Positions 49,119 to 58,734 of a DNA stretch of 64,000 bases are shown here, piece after piece. The notes under the pieces were generated by a model. The model saw nothing but the letters and a program-made list of their open reading frames with translations, did no database searches and had not been told where the DNA came from. How positions within the stretch are numbered: position 1 is the stretch's first letter; the number at the start of each line of letters is the position of its first letter. The position numbers were made by a program, and so were the translations under genes. The stretch comes from an uncultured delta proteobacterium (lineage in GTDB: Bacteria > Myxococcota > Myxococcia > Myxococcales > Anaeromyxobacteraceae): NCBI GenBank assembly GCA_963828255.1, contig CAWHDZ010000003.1, positions 64,001-128,000 on the forward strand, given 5' to 3'.

Positions 49119-49889
49119 ATGCGAAAGAGAACCTGGTTGATCGTGGGGCTGGCCGTCGTGGCGATCGCGGCGGCCTTCCTGCTTCCGGCGATGCCCCAGC
49201 CGCCCGCCTACCACGACTTCGCCGACTCCCGGTCCATGCTCGGGCTGGCCAACTTCCTCGACGTGACCTCCAACGCGGCATTCCTGCTGGTGGGGGTGGC
49301 GGGGCTCGTGGTCGCGTTCCGCCCGCGCACCCGGCTCGTCACCGGCGCCGAGCGCGTGCTCTACGCCGTCTTCTTTGTCGGGATGGTGCTGACCGCGGGA
49401 GGATCGGCCTACTACCACCTGGCCCCGGACAACGAGACGCTGTTCTGGGATCGCCTGCCGATGACGATCTCCTTCATGGCGCTGGTGGCGGCGCAGGTCG
49501 CCGAACGCATCAGCCTGCGGGCCGGGGTGATCCTGCTCACTCCCATGTTGCTCATCGGGGTGGGCTCCGTCGTCTACTGGCGCGAGACGGAGAGGGTGGG
49601 CGCGGGAAACGTGACGCCGTACGGCATCCTCCAGGCGTTCTCCGTCCTCGTCATGCTCGTCATCGCGATGCTTCCGTCGCGATACACCCGCGGGAACGAC
49701 GTCTACAAGATCTTCGCCGCCTACGTGGCGGCGAAGATCCTGGAGGCGCTGGACTGGCCCATCCTCGAGATGGCCGGCGTCAGCGGGCACACCCTGAAGC
49801 ACCTCGCGGCGGCCCTGGCCGGCTACTACGTGCTCCGGATGATCGCGCTGCGGAGCCCGGTGGAGTCCGGTCCTACATCGCTCCGATGA
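49119..49889 (+). CDS. Ceramidase-like (CREST superfamily) membrane protein
   Basis: YHDFAD, SNAAF, GSAYYH, WDRLPM, SGHTLKH; about 7 TM. Confidence 0.78.
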   Translation: MRKRTWLIVGLAVVAIAAAFLLPAMPQPPAYHDFADSRSMLGLANFLDVTSNAAFLLVGVAGLVVAFRPRTRLVTGAERVLYAVFFVGMVLTAGGSAYYHLAPDNETLFWDRLPMTISFMALVAAQVAERISLRAGVILLTPMLLIGVGSVVYWRETERVGAGNVTPYGILQAFSVLVMLVIAMLPSRYTRGNDVYKIFAAYVAAKILEALDWPILEMAGVSGHTLKHLAAALAGYYVLRMIALRSPVESGPTSLR

Positions 49890-50475
49890 CGGCGAAGACC
49901 CACTGCGGCATCGGTGCGGCCAGGGGGTCGGCGGCCGTACCGGTGAAGCGGAAGTTGGTTGCCCCGCCCGCCATGTTTGCCTGACGCCAGTTGCCGTCCG
50001 CGTCGCGGGTGGCGTTGAAGGTGCGCGTGCCGACCTGGGCGTCGATGGAGGTCTTGGTGGCGATGATCCGGACGCGGCCGCCGGCGCCGGTCCCCTGAAC
50101 GGAGAGGCGGTCGGCCTCGCGGGCGACGGTCAGGGTGACTCCGCCGCCCGTGATCCGGGTGGGGGTGACCTGGAGCCGGACGCTCTGGCCGGCCAGGGTC
50201 CCGCCCCAGCGGCCGTCCGAGCGGACGCTCAGGCTGGTGTTGGGGCCACGCACCCGCGTCGCATCGAAGGACGCGGAGAGGCGGATCCGGACCTCGCCGG
50301 TGGGCGCGAACGCCTCGGCGGCGGCAGGAGCAGCCGGAGCCGCGGCAGCCTTCGGCGCCGGGGCAGCGGCAGCGGCCGGAGCCGGAGCAGCGGGAGCGGC
50401 CGCGGGCGCCTGGGCGATCGCGGGCAGCGCCGAGGCTGCGAGTGCGAGGGCGAGGATCGAACGGGTCGGATTCAT
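49873..50475 (-). CDS. Hypothetical secreted protein with Ala/Pro linker
   Basis: AAGGAG RBS, signal peptide, beta-rich body. Confidence 0.7.
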   Translation of the reverse strand: MNPTRSILALALAASALPAIAQAPAAAPAAPAPAAAAAPAPKAAAAPAAPAAAEAFAPTGEVRIRLSASFDATRVRGPNTSLSVRSDGRWGGTLAGQSVRLQVTPTRITGGGVTLTVAREADRLSVQGTGAGGRVRIIATKTSIDAQVGTRTFNATRDADGNWRQANMAGGATNFRFTGTAADPLAAPMPQWVFAVIGAM

Positions 50476-50680
50476 CTAACTCTCCTTGATCATCACGTTG
50501 AGTGTGTGTGCTTCGTGCGGAGCGCTACACATCGAAAAGGGGCTGCAACCGGCCCATCCGCCCCCCCCTGTGGCGGAGAGATGCGTGGCTTGAGGGTGTG
50601 TCGTCCGGCATTAATGCGGGTCGCCAAGCCCGGAGCATTGTAGTCTGCGCTCCAGATTCTACCGTCACCGGAGGGAGAAA

Positions 50681-51328
50681 ATGATCCGCTTCGCTCGCAT
50701 CGCCGTCCTCGCCTGCGCGCTCACCGCCGCCGCCCCGGCCAGCGCCCAGTACACCTTCACGCAGCCCGGTCAGCAGCCTCAGCCCGTCCAGCAACTCCAA
50801 GTCTGGGACAACGTGGCCCGTTTCAACCTCGGCGTCGGCTTCTACAACGCCGGCTGGTACAGCTGCTACTACAGCTGGACGTGGGGTTGGACGTCTTGCT
50901 CGTCGTCCTCCTACACGAGCTACATCCCGTTCCTGTTCGGCCCGCAGGTCGACATTAACGTGGGGGGCATGAACAACATCAGCGTCGGCTTCAACGTCGC
51001 CATCGGCACCGTCAACTCCACCTGGTGGAACGGGTCCCAGACCCTGAGCCACTCGGACAACGTGACGATGTGGGAGCCCACCCTCGATTACGTCGCCAAG
51101 TTCGGCCCGTCGACCCAGGACACCGTTGGCCGCTTCCGGGTCGGAGCGGGCCTGTACATCGGGCCCGACGCGCACGTCGGCGGCACCTTCCGCATCGGCG
51201 GCGGCGCATCCTTCCTGAACGCGAACCGGATCGGAGCCGGCGTCGACCTGGTCCTCGAGGGCGGAAGCTTCAACGGCTACTGGATCGGCGGCCTGCAGCT
51301 CCAGGTCTCGCCCGAATTCCACTTCTAG
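50681..51328 (+). CDS. Hypothetical small outer-membrane beta-barrel
   Basis: Signal peptide, alternating aromatic strands, C-terminal EFHF. Confidence 0.72.
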   Translation: MIRFARIAVLACALTAAAPASAQYTFTQPGQQPQPVQQLQVWDNVARFNLGVGFYNAGWYSCYYSWTWGWTSCSSSSYTSYIPFLFGPQVDINVGGMNNISVGFNVAIGTVNSTWWNGSQTLSHSDNVTMWEPTLDYVAKFGPSTQDTVGRFRVGAGLYIGPDAHVGGTFRIGGGASFLNANRIGAGVDLVLEGGSFNGYWIGGLQLQVSPEFHF

Positions 51329-51348
51329 TCGCGGGAGGACCGTTCATG

Positions 51349-51380
51349 GGCCGGCTCCGGGATCGGGGCCGGCCTTTCTC
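51349..51380 (+). terminator. Probable terminator hairpin between convergent genes
   Basis: GGCCGGCTCC-GGGATC-GGGGCCGGCC followed by TTTCTC. Confidence 0.55.
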
Positions 51381-51401
51381 GTTCCGGGCCGCGGCATGGC
51401 T

Positions 51402-53795
51402 TCAGCGCCGGCCGCCGCCCGCCGGAGCGGCTCGCGCCGGCTGGGGTGCGGCTCGCTGGGGGGTGGGTCGCGCCTGCTGGGGTGCGGCTCGCTGCGGCGC
51501 GCTTCGCTGGCGCGCGGCCGCATCCTGGCCGAGACCGGCCGGAGCGCCCCCGCCTCGGGCTGGAGGTGTCGCCTGGCGGGTCGGCTGTCGGTTCGGCTGC
51601 CCGGTCGGTTGTCCAGGGGCTGGACGGGCCGTCTGGCCCTGGTTCTGCGGAGGGGGCCGCTGACCGGTTCCAGGGGCGGGCGTCGGCCGGTTGGCGTTCC
51701 CCGGCTGGGGCTGCGCGGGGCGCTGCGGCTCCCAGCCCTGCCTCGTGTTCCGGTCCCAGCTGCCCCGGTCGTTCTGGCGGTACACGTTTCCGTTCCGGTC
51801 ACCGAAGACGTTGTTGGGCCGGTCCACCGGCTGTGGCGTCGGCCGGGGGGCCTGTGCCACGGGACGCTCGGCGTTTCGCGGGCGGTTCTGCGCCTGGTTG
51901 TAGATGTTGCTTCCAGGGCGCTGGCCGGGCGGGGTGCCGGGACGGGCGCCGGCTGCCGGCGGCCGGGCGGGGGGGGGCCGGGCAGCTGGGGGCCGGGCGC
52001 CGGGCGGAAGGGGACGAACCCCCGGGGGGGGAGGGCGGAAGCCCGGCGGCGGCCGATGCCAGCCGTGACGCGTCGGCGGGACGATGAACACCGGACGGTA
52101 CACGACCGGGCCCCACCAGCCCGGCGGGCGGCGGCGGGGGCCGAACGCAGGGTGGAAGTGGATGCCGACCGTCATGAAGGGCGTCGCCGGACTGACCACG
52201 AACCCAAATCCCGTCCAGGGGTTGAAGACCACGCGGACGCCGAAGGTGGTGGGGCGCGCGAAGAAGACGGTGGGGCCGATCCAGGGGCGGTAGACGAACC
52301 CGGTGCCGAAGACGACCACGCCGCGATGGCGGTACACGCCGACGAAACCGGGAGTGTGCCCGACGAAGACGACCTGGGGCGTCGACCGGTACACGTAGAC
52401 GTACCGCGTGTGGTAGATGTGCACCGTGGGTGGAACCTGGTCGATGTGCGGTGGCCGCTGGTCGGCCACCGTGAAGGGGCCTTCCGCGGCGGGAGCCGTG
52501 TACCAGACCCCCTGATCGCACGCATAGTAACGGCCGGCGTCGAGCACCACCGCGTCGGGTGTGTTGATGGCGTAGGACAGCTCCGTTCCCTCGATCTTCT
52601 GGAACTGCGGAGGTCCGTCGTACGCGGCCTGGAACTGCTGGTCCCGCCTCACCTCGGCGGTCTGCGGGATGAAGGAGTCGGCGACCGCATCCGCGGCCTC
52701 CTCCGTGCCGGCCACGAACGTGCGGACGTCGCCGATGTCGGAGTCGGCCGGGATGTCCCGGAAGGGGCCCGGCAGCTCATCGGGCTGGACGTTCACCCAG
52801 GGTCCGTCGAGGGACGGGGCCCTGAACCAGCGCCCGGAGGCGAGCACGTACGTCTCGCCGGTCTGCACGTCCACGAGCACGTGGCTCTCGGTGTTCGCGA
52901 CGTAGAGCAGGTAGGCCTCGTCGCCCACCGGCCGGTACTGCGGGGCGCCCTCGAACACGAAGAGCTCGGTGGGCTCGGTGGCCACCACGATCCGGGGCGG
53001 CGAGGCGGGCTCGAGGATGCTCTTCTCGGCGGCCTGCTCCTCCGCGTCACCCTCCAGCTCGATGGGCGGCGGTGGATTCCGGTCGAAGAAGGCGCGAACC
53101 GCCGGTGAGGGCGCGGCCACCGGGGCAAACGGCCCCGTGGCGGCGGGGGCGTCGTACCAGAACTTCCCGCCCGACAGGTAGTAACGGCGGGTCGCCGGAT
53201 CGAACAGCACCAGCATGGGCGTGTTGACCACCCGCCGAAGCTCGGTCCCCTCGACCGGTCGCTCGATCGGGGCGCCGTCGAAGACGAGCAGGACCGCTGG
53301 ATCCTGGGAGAAGACCATCCGCGGCGGAGTGAAATTGAGCGCATCCGACGCCTGCATCTCCTTCTCGTTGACGGCGATGCTGGCCTGCAACTCGAGGATG
53401 GAAAGGTGCAGGTCCCAGGTGGGGATCTCCCGCTCGAGGATGGCCCGCCCCTGCTGCTCCTGCTCCTTGGTCAAATTTGCGAACCGGACCCGGACGACCT
53501 TCACCTGCTCGAGCCCGACGTCGCCCGCGACCTTGTCGATGGAGGCCCAGGCCTCCACCCAGACGACCCCGAAGGCGGGGGGCCGACCCTTCGGAGTCCA
53601 GGCGACGGCCGCCCGCGCGGCCAGCTTGTCCCCCTGGAAGCTCTCGATCTGGGGCTGGAAGATCTCGACCGAGCCATTCTCGACGCCGATGACGCGCGGC
53701 CAGGAGTTGGAGGAAGGGGGCACCTGCGGGTCGGGGGCCTGGGCGAATGCGGCTCCGACGAAGAGGAGGGCCAGGGCGGTGGACAGGCGTGTCAT
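51402..53795 (-). CDS. Large secreted protein with Pro/Arg/Gln-rich tail (family often labelled carbohydrate-binding V/XII)
   Basis: Signal peptide; WPR...FQPQIESF, RRVVNTP, YVLASGRWF, YACDQGVWY, NNVFGDRNGNVYR. Confidence 0.7.
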   Translation of the reverse strand: MTRLSTALALLFVGAAFAQAPDPQVPPSSNSWPRVIGVENGSVEIFQPQIESFQGDKLAARAAVAWTPKGRPPAFGVVWVEAWASIDKVAGDVGLEQVKVVRVRFANLTKEQEQQGRAILEREIPTWDLHLSILELQASIAVNEKEMQASDALNFTPPRMVFSQDPAVLLVFDGAPIERPVEGTELRRVVNTPMLVLFDPATRRYYLSGGKFWYDAPAATGPFAPVAAPSPAVRAFFDRNPPPPIELEGDAEEQAAEKSILEPASPPRIVVATEPTELFVFEGAPQYRPVGDEAYLLYVANTESHVLVDVQTGETYVLASGRWFRAPSLDGPWVNVQPDELPGPFRDIPADSDIGDVRTFVAGTEEAADAVADSFIPQTAEVRRDQQFQAAYDGPPQFQKIEGTELSYAINTPDAVVLDAGRYYACDQGVWYTAPAAEGPFTVADQRPPHIDQVPPTVHIYHTRYVYVYRSTPQVVFVGHTPGFVGVYRHRGVVVFGTGFVYRPWIGPTVFFARPTTFGVRVVFNPWTGFGFVVSPATPFMTVGIHFHPAFGPRRRPPGWWGPVVYRPVFIVPPTRHGWHRPPPGFRPPPPGVRPLPPGARPPAARPPPARPPAAGARPGTPPGQRPGSNIYNQAQNRPRNAERPVAQAPRPTPQPVDRPNNVFGDRNGNVYRQNDRGSWDRNTRQGWEPQRPAQPQPGNANRPTPAPGTGQRPPPQNQGQTARPAPGQPTGQPNRQPTRQATPPARGGGAPAGLGQDAAARQRSAPQRAAPQQARPTPQRAAPQPARAAPAGGGRR

Positions 53796-53925
53796 GGGGT
53801 ACCCGATGGCTGAGAGGACGGGGAAGGCAGGACGGCATCGTAGTCTAATCGTCGCATCCGGAACACGACATCTGGGATCATCACGGGGCGTGCAACGAGG
53901 GCGGGAGAGGATAGAATCCCCCGGA

Positions 53926-54918
53926 ATGGCACCGTGCTTCGGGCGATTCGTCGGCCTCCTCCTGCTGGTGGCCGCACCCGGGCGGGTGCTCGCGCAGGGC
54001 GAACCGGTCCCGGAACCGGCGGCGACCACCGGAGGCCCGGTGAGCCACCGCGAACTCGCCGGGCACCTGTTCGTCCCCTCCCACCTCGTCCAGGATCCCT
54101 TCTCCTACACGGGTGTGGGGCTGTTCTGGGGCGTGGGCGGCGGCGATGCCACCGGGCCCACGCTGGACCTGGGGCCGCCGCCCCGGATCGACTTCGTGAA
54201 CACTCGGTCCTACAGCTTCAATGGGCTCGGGATCGGCATGGCGCTGGAGGCGAGGGTCCTCGAGTGGATCTCGATCCACGGATCGGTGGATGCCACGGCC
54301 TACCTGGGCACGGGCAACCGCGCCCTGCTGGTCGTCGGTACCAGCGCCCAGATCACCGGGCTGGTCGGCCTGAAGGGAAGCCAGCGGCTCGGGGAGCACG
54401 TGCGCCTGGCGGTCATCCTGGACGCCCAGTACGGCCCGGTGTTCACGGCGCTCATCGCGCAGGGGCTCATCGACGCCGTGAACAGCGGCCAGATATCCCT
54501 CGATCAGTTCTACCAGGAGAACAAGGCACTCACCTGGATCCCCGCCCTTTCCGGCGCATACGCGCCGTTTCCCTTCCTGGGCGTCACCATGAACGTCCGG
54601 CTGCTCTTCCCCGACGGGTCGGGGAACGCCCAGTTCGCCTCGAGCGGGATCGCCTTCGCCGGCATGATCGACCTGGACCTCCGCTCCCTCGTGCCGTTCG
54701 TGCCCATCGGGTTGAGCGGCGTCTATTCTCTCCTCACGCCCCTCGGAGGCGCGCTGGCGACGACGCAGAACTTCGGCCTCGGCGTCTACTACACGGGGGT
54801 TCCGGAACTCGCGGCCGGGATCGAGATCGACTGGCGGCTGGGGCGGATTGCCAGCCAGCACGTGTCGAATTTCACCTCCGCCTGGGTCAACCTCCGCTAC
54901 TACTGGAACGGCAAATGA
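53926..54918 (+). CDS. Hypothetical outer-membrane/secreted protein
   Basis: Signal peptide, beta-strand pattern, C-terminal LRYYW; ATGA coupling with next gene. Confidence 0.65.
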   Translation: MAPCFGRFVGLLLLVAAPGRVLAQGEPVPEPAATTGGPVSHRELAGHLFVPSHLVQDPFSYTGVGLFWGVGGGDATGPTLDLGPPPRIDFVNTRSYSFNGLGIGMALEARVLEWISIHGSVDATAYLGTGNRALLVVGTSAQITGLVGLKGSQRLGEHVRLAVILDAQYGPVFTALIAQGLIDAVNSGQISLDQFYQENKALTWIPALSGAYAPFPFLGVTMNVRLLFPDGSGNAQFASSGIAFAGMIDLDLRSLVPFVPIGLSGVYSLLTPLGGALATTQNFGLGVYYTGVPELAAGIEIDWRLGRIASQHVSNFTSAWVNLRYYWNGK

Positions 54919-55367
54919 GCTACGAGGACCTGGGCCCCAACGAGAAGATGGCCTCGCTGCGAACGAGCCTCTCCGTACAGCGCACTCGCATGTCGGCCGA
55001 GCGGACCCTCATGGCCACCATGCGCACGTCCCTCTCGCTCATCGGCTTCGGCTTCACGATCTTCACCTTCTTCCAGAGGATCTCGGACGGGCCGGTGGGC
55101 TCGGGCATCATCCCGGCCCGGGCTCCGGCGCGCTTCGGCCTGGCCCTCGTCTTCATCGGCGTCCTCGTCCTCCTCGCCGGGACGCTCTTCCACTACCAGT
55201 ACTTGGTGCAGCTTCGCCGGCAGAGGAAGGAGTTGATCGAGCGGGGCTTCCTGCCGGGCACGAGCGCCTTCCCCGTTTCCATGTCGCTCGTCACCTCCTT
55301 CCTGCTCCTGCTGGTGGGGCTGGCGGCGGCCTTGAGCATCATGCTCCGGGTGGGACCGTTCAGCTGA
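54915..55367 (+). CDS. DUF202 (YidH-like) membrane protein
   Basis: RTRMSAERTLMATMRTSLSLIGFGFTI; three TM helices. Confidence 0.85.
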   Translation: MSYEDLGPNEKMASLRTSLSVQRTRMSAERTLMATMRTSLSLIGFGFTIFTFFQRISDGPVGSGIIPARAPARFGLALVFIGVLVLLAGTLFHYQYLVQLRRQRKELIERGFLPGTSAFPVSMSLVTSFLLLLVGLAAALSIMLRVGPFS

Positions 55368-55386
55368 CCCTTCCCGGAGATCGACC

Positions 55387-56262
55387 GTGGATCCTGCAAC
55401 CCTCCTGAAACTCGTGCTGGTCCTCGGCGTGGTGCTGCTCGTGCTGGCGATCGGGCTGCGGGCGCGGCCGGACGACACGTTGATGCTGGTGCGGCGGCCG
55501 GACCTCGCCGGCCGGGCACTGGTGGCGATGTTCGTCCTCCAGCCGGCCTTCGTGCTCCTCCTCGTTTGGGCCCTCGATCTCCACGAGGGCGTAGGCGCCG
55601 CGCTGCTGGGATTCGCGGTGGCCCCGGTACTGCCGCCGTGGGCCAAGAAGGGGTACGCGCTGGGCGCATCGTCCGACTACGTGCTCGGGCTCGAGGTCCT
55701 GGCGACGGTCGCCTCCATCTTCGTCGTGCCGGTCATGATCTGGATGGTGAACGGGGTGTTCGGGGTGCACACAGCCCGGGACCCGTGGTCGGTCGAGTTG
55801 ATGCTGCTCGTCACCATCGGCCTGCCTCTGGGTGTCGGCATGGGCCTGGCGCGGTTCCGGGCGAGTTCCGCGCCGCGCCGCGCCTTCCTCGCCGACCGGG
55901 CCGGCACCGCGCTCCTCGTGCTCGGCGGGGTGGTCCTGCTCGTGGCCCGGTGGAGGAACATCTGGGACGTCACCGGACGTGGAACCATCGTCATCAGCGT
56001 GCTGATCATATGCTTCGGGCTGCTGGTCGGTCACCTCCTCGGGGGGCCCGATCCACGCAAGCGCGGCGCGCTCGCGTCGGCGAATGTGTCGAGGCACCCC
56101 GGTGTCGCGCTCCTCCTCGCCTCGAGCGCGCTCCCGGAGCACGTGCCGGCGGTGACCGGCGCGGTCCTGCTCTACCTCATCGCCAGCATGGTCGTGCCGA
56201 TTCCCTACGAGCGCTGGCTCAAGCGGACGGCGGCCGGGGGCGACCCACAGGCCGCCCCATAG
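55387..56262 (+). CDS. Bile acid:sodium symporter (BASS)-like transporter
   Basis: Multi-TM; APVLPP, GHLLGGP...ALASANVSRHPGVAL. Confidence 0.78.
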   Translation: MDPATLLKLVLVLGVVLLVLAIGLRARPDDTLMLVRRPDLAGRALVAMFVLQPAFVLLLVWALDLHEGVGAALLGFAVAPVLPPWAKKGYALGASSDYVLGLEVLATVASIFVVPVMIWMVNGVFGVHTARDPWSVELMLLVTIGLPLGVGMGLARFRASSAPRRAFLADRAGTALLVLGGVVLLVARWRNIWDVTGRGTIVISVLIICFGLLVGHLLGGPDPRKRGALASANVSRHPGVALLLASSALPEHVPAVTGAVLLYLIASMVVPIPYERWLKRTAAGGDPQAAP

Positions 56263-56304
56263 CTCTCGCGCGCCAAGGGTCGGCGCGTCAACTTCACCGT
56301 CTGT

Positions 56305-56667
56305 TCAATCGGAGGAATGGGGAACCCCCGCCCCGGCCTCGCCCGCCATTTCCCGCGCCAGGAAGTAGTTGAGGCCCGTCCGGATGACGGCGATGGCGCC
56401 GAGCTTCCCGATCTGGTCCCAGGAGGGCGCGATTGCGGTGGAAAGGATGTCCGCCGCGAGCTGGAACTCGAGGGCGAGCGACAGGTAGCGGGCGAGCGTC
56501 AGACGCACCAAGCCGAAGGATTGCTCGCCGGGACCGGTGAGCCCTGAGGCAAGACCAACGATCCCCCGCACCCCGCCGATCGCGACGATGGCAGCCCCGA
56601 CCGCCTCGAGCCCCAGGCGGAGCCACTGCACCGCCGCGAATACACCTTGCTCCACGGTTCCGAACAC
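56305..56667 (-). CDS. DUF1622 family membrane protein
   Basis: LARYLSLALEFQLAADILSTAIAPSW...IAVIRTGLNYFL. Confidence 0.88.
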   Translation of the reverse strand: MFGTVEQGVFAAVQWLRLGLEAVGAAIVAIGGVRGIVGLASGLTGPGEQSFGLVRLTLARYLSLALEFQLAADILSTAIAPSWDQIGKLGAIAVIRTGLNYFLAREMAGEAGAGVPHSSD

Positions 56668-56806
56668 GGCGCGAAGCGTAGCATGCGCTGGGGCCGCCGC
56701 TGCGGGAAATGGAACTCGGGGCTAGACGTTGCGCCCTCGGCTGTAGCCCGGCCGACTCCAGCCCCAGGAACGTCCCACGCGACACGCCCTCGTCCTGCTC
56801 CTTTCC

Positions 56807-56950
56807 GTGCTCCCCGCGGCGCAGTCCCGCGCAGGCACCGTAGTCGACAAGGCAGATCCCATGATCGACGTCGTCACTGGGCGCGGGGTGGAACGTCCGC
56901 AAATCACGATCACCGACGGCCGCATCTTCGCGATTGGCGCACAGGGTGCC
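56807..56950 (+). pseudogene. Possible N-terminal fragment of an amidohydrolase
   Basis: ADPMIDVVTGRGVERPQITITDGRIFAIG resembles the amidohydrolase N-terminal beta domain, then similarity ends. Confidence 0.4.
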
Positions 56951-57040
56951 TGTGGTCAGTCATTCTTCCTCCGCCAGAGTGAGTGCCCGGTGGACAGATG
57001 GGCGGCCATTACGTCACCCTTCACCTGCGGGACGAGCAAT

Positions 57041-58231
57041 TTAGAAGTTCTGGCCGAGGCCGAAGTACATCAAGGCGCCGGACTTCCCCACGGCCACCGT
57101 CAGGCGCACCCGGATTTCCTGTTCCTCCATCACCTTGTAGGTGACGCTCCCCCACCCGCTCGGGAGCCAGGGCTGGGACCAGAACTCGCCGAAGGTGGGG
57201 AAGACCTTCCCGGCACCCAGGCCGCCCTCGAGGCCGAGTCGCCACCAGAAGAGCCACCGGACCTCGGCCTGGGCGCCCAGCATCATCTTGTCCATGAATT
57301 CGCCCGCCGGGTACCCGGGGATGGTTCCGCGCGAACCGTAGTTCGCGTAACTCGCGAGCGGCAGGGCGCCGAACCCGAACTGGCCTAGGACCATGTAGGC
57401 AAGGACCACGCGTCTCCCTTCACCGAGCGGGAAGTACTGGGCAAACGTCGGCACGACCACAAGGTACTGTTGGTCGCTCTTCAGGCTCCCGTTCATGCGA
57501 AAGCCGAAGTCGAGACCGGACGACGCGAAGTACTGGTCGTTCCGGGTGTCGTACTGCGCGGCGATACCCAGGTTCAGCTGGCCGCTCCACTCGTTTCCGG
57601 CGCCGAGCGAGTCTAGAACCGCCTGGCCGACGGGGTCGGTAGCCTTGGCGCGGAAGGCCGTGTAGCCCACGATGACGCCGGCGTACAGGTGGCGCACGCC
57701 GACCTCGCGCAGCACCTGGGCGAACGCAATGGCGCCCGCCTGGCGGAAGTCGAACAGGGCGTTCGCGGTTGGGTTGCCGCCGATGCCGTGGAACTCCCGG
57801 TACAGGTCGAAGTAGCCTGCGGCGAGCACGACGCGCCAACGGTCCTGGTCGAGGAAGAGGCGAGCCGCCACTCCAAGTCCCCAACTGTAGCGCGTGCTCG
57901 CCTCGCCGAGTGGCGGCAGGACCGAGTACATCCCGGCCAGCGTGGCGAGCGAGGGGGGCGAGACGGCGTCCGTGGCCGAGGCCCGGAACATGAGCATCGG
58001 GATGACCATCACCCCGAGTCCCTGGTTCGGGTTGAAGAAGGGACCCGGAACCACCGCGAAGTTGGGCCCGCTCGATCCTGCGGGCGACGCATCCCCTGCG
58101 GCCCCCTTGTCCACGTCCCCAGGCGGCAGCGCGACCACAGCTTCTGCAGCCTCTCCCTGCGCTTCAGCGCCGAAGGTGCCGACGGGCCCGAGCGACAACG
58201 CGGTCGCGACGGCCCAGAGCGTTTGCCTCAT
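57041..58231 (-). CDS. Omp85 (BamA/TamA)-like barrel without POTRA domains
   Basis: Signal peptide; YDTRND, SRGTIPGY...DK...QAEVRW, C-terminal YFGLGQNF. Confidence 0.75.
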   Translation of the reverse strand: MRQTLWAVATALSLGPVGTFGAEAQGEAAEAVVALPPGDVDKGAAGDASPAGSSGPNFAVVPGPFFNPNQGLGVMVIPMLMFRASATDAVSPPSLATLAGMYSVLPPLGEASTRYSWGLGVAARLFLDQDRWRVVLAAGYFDLYREFHGIGGNPTANALFDFRQAGAIAFAQVLREVGVRHLYAGVIVGYTAFRAKATDPVGQAVLDSLGAGNEWSGQLNLGIAAQYDTRNDQYFASSGLDFGFRMNGSLKSDQQYLVVVPTFAQYFPLGEGRRVVLAYMVLGQFGFGALPLASYANYGSRGTIPGYPAGEFMDKMMLGAQAEVRWLFWWRLGLEGGLGAGKVFPTFGEFWSQPWLPSGWGSVTYKVMEEQEIRVRLTVAVGKSGALMYFGLGQNF

Positions 58232-58734
58232 CCTTCCCCTTGAGCGTTGGCGCCACCAGCGAAGGAAATCGACGCCGACGTCAATGAATGATTACCATGG
58301 CTGCCCCACGCCATGGGTTGCGCAGCCCCTCGGGCGGCGGGGCGGTCGCGTACGGCTTCCGCTCGCTCACTGGGCAGTGCACGCCATCGCCAGGCCGAAA
58401 GTACGGTACCGGCATGAGGGAGCCCAGCGCAGGAGAGGGGAGTGGGCGCGCCGTAGGCCGGCGCGCGGGGGTGACGCAACCCCAACGTGGAGACGATCAC
58501 GACGAAGCGCGGGAAATCGGTCGCGCCGAGCGCGATCGATGGGATGGTCTCCCGAATTGACCTCCTCGACTGCCAGGCGCTTCTAGCTCGCGAGGAGCCG
58601 GAGGTGCTTCGGAGGTCCACGGACTCCCCGAACCCACTGGTAGCGGAGGCCGTCACACCGACAGGACGGGCGATCGGCGCTCTGTGTTAAAGCTACCCGC
58701 GTCCCTGCTCGGAACGGGGCGGCGGAGGCTCCCC

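Noticed and set aside
51420..52070. Short direct repeats such as GCTGGGGTGCGGCTCGCTG as a CRISPR array
   Set aside because: They encode the Pro/Gln/Arg-rich tail of a CDS; no regular spacers and no cas genes.
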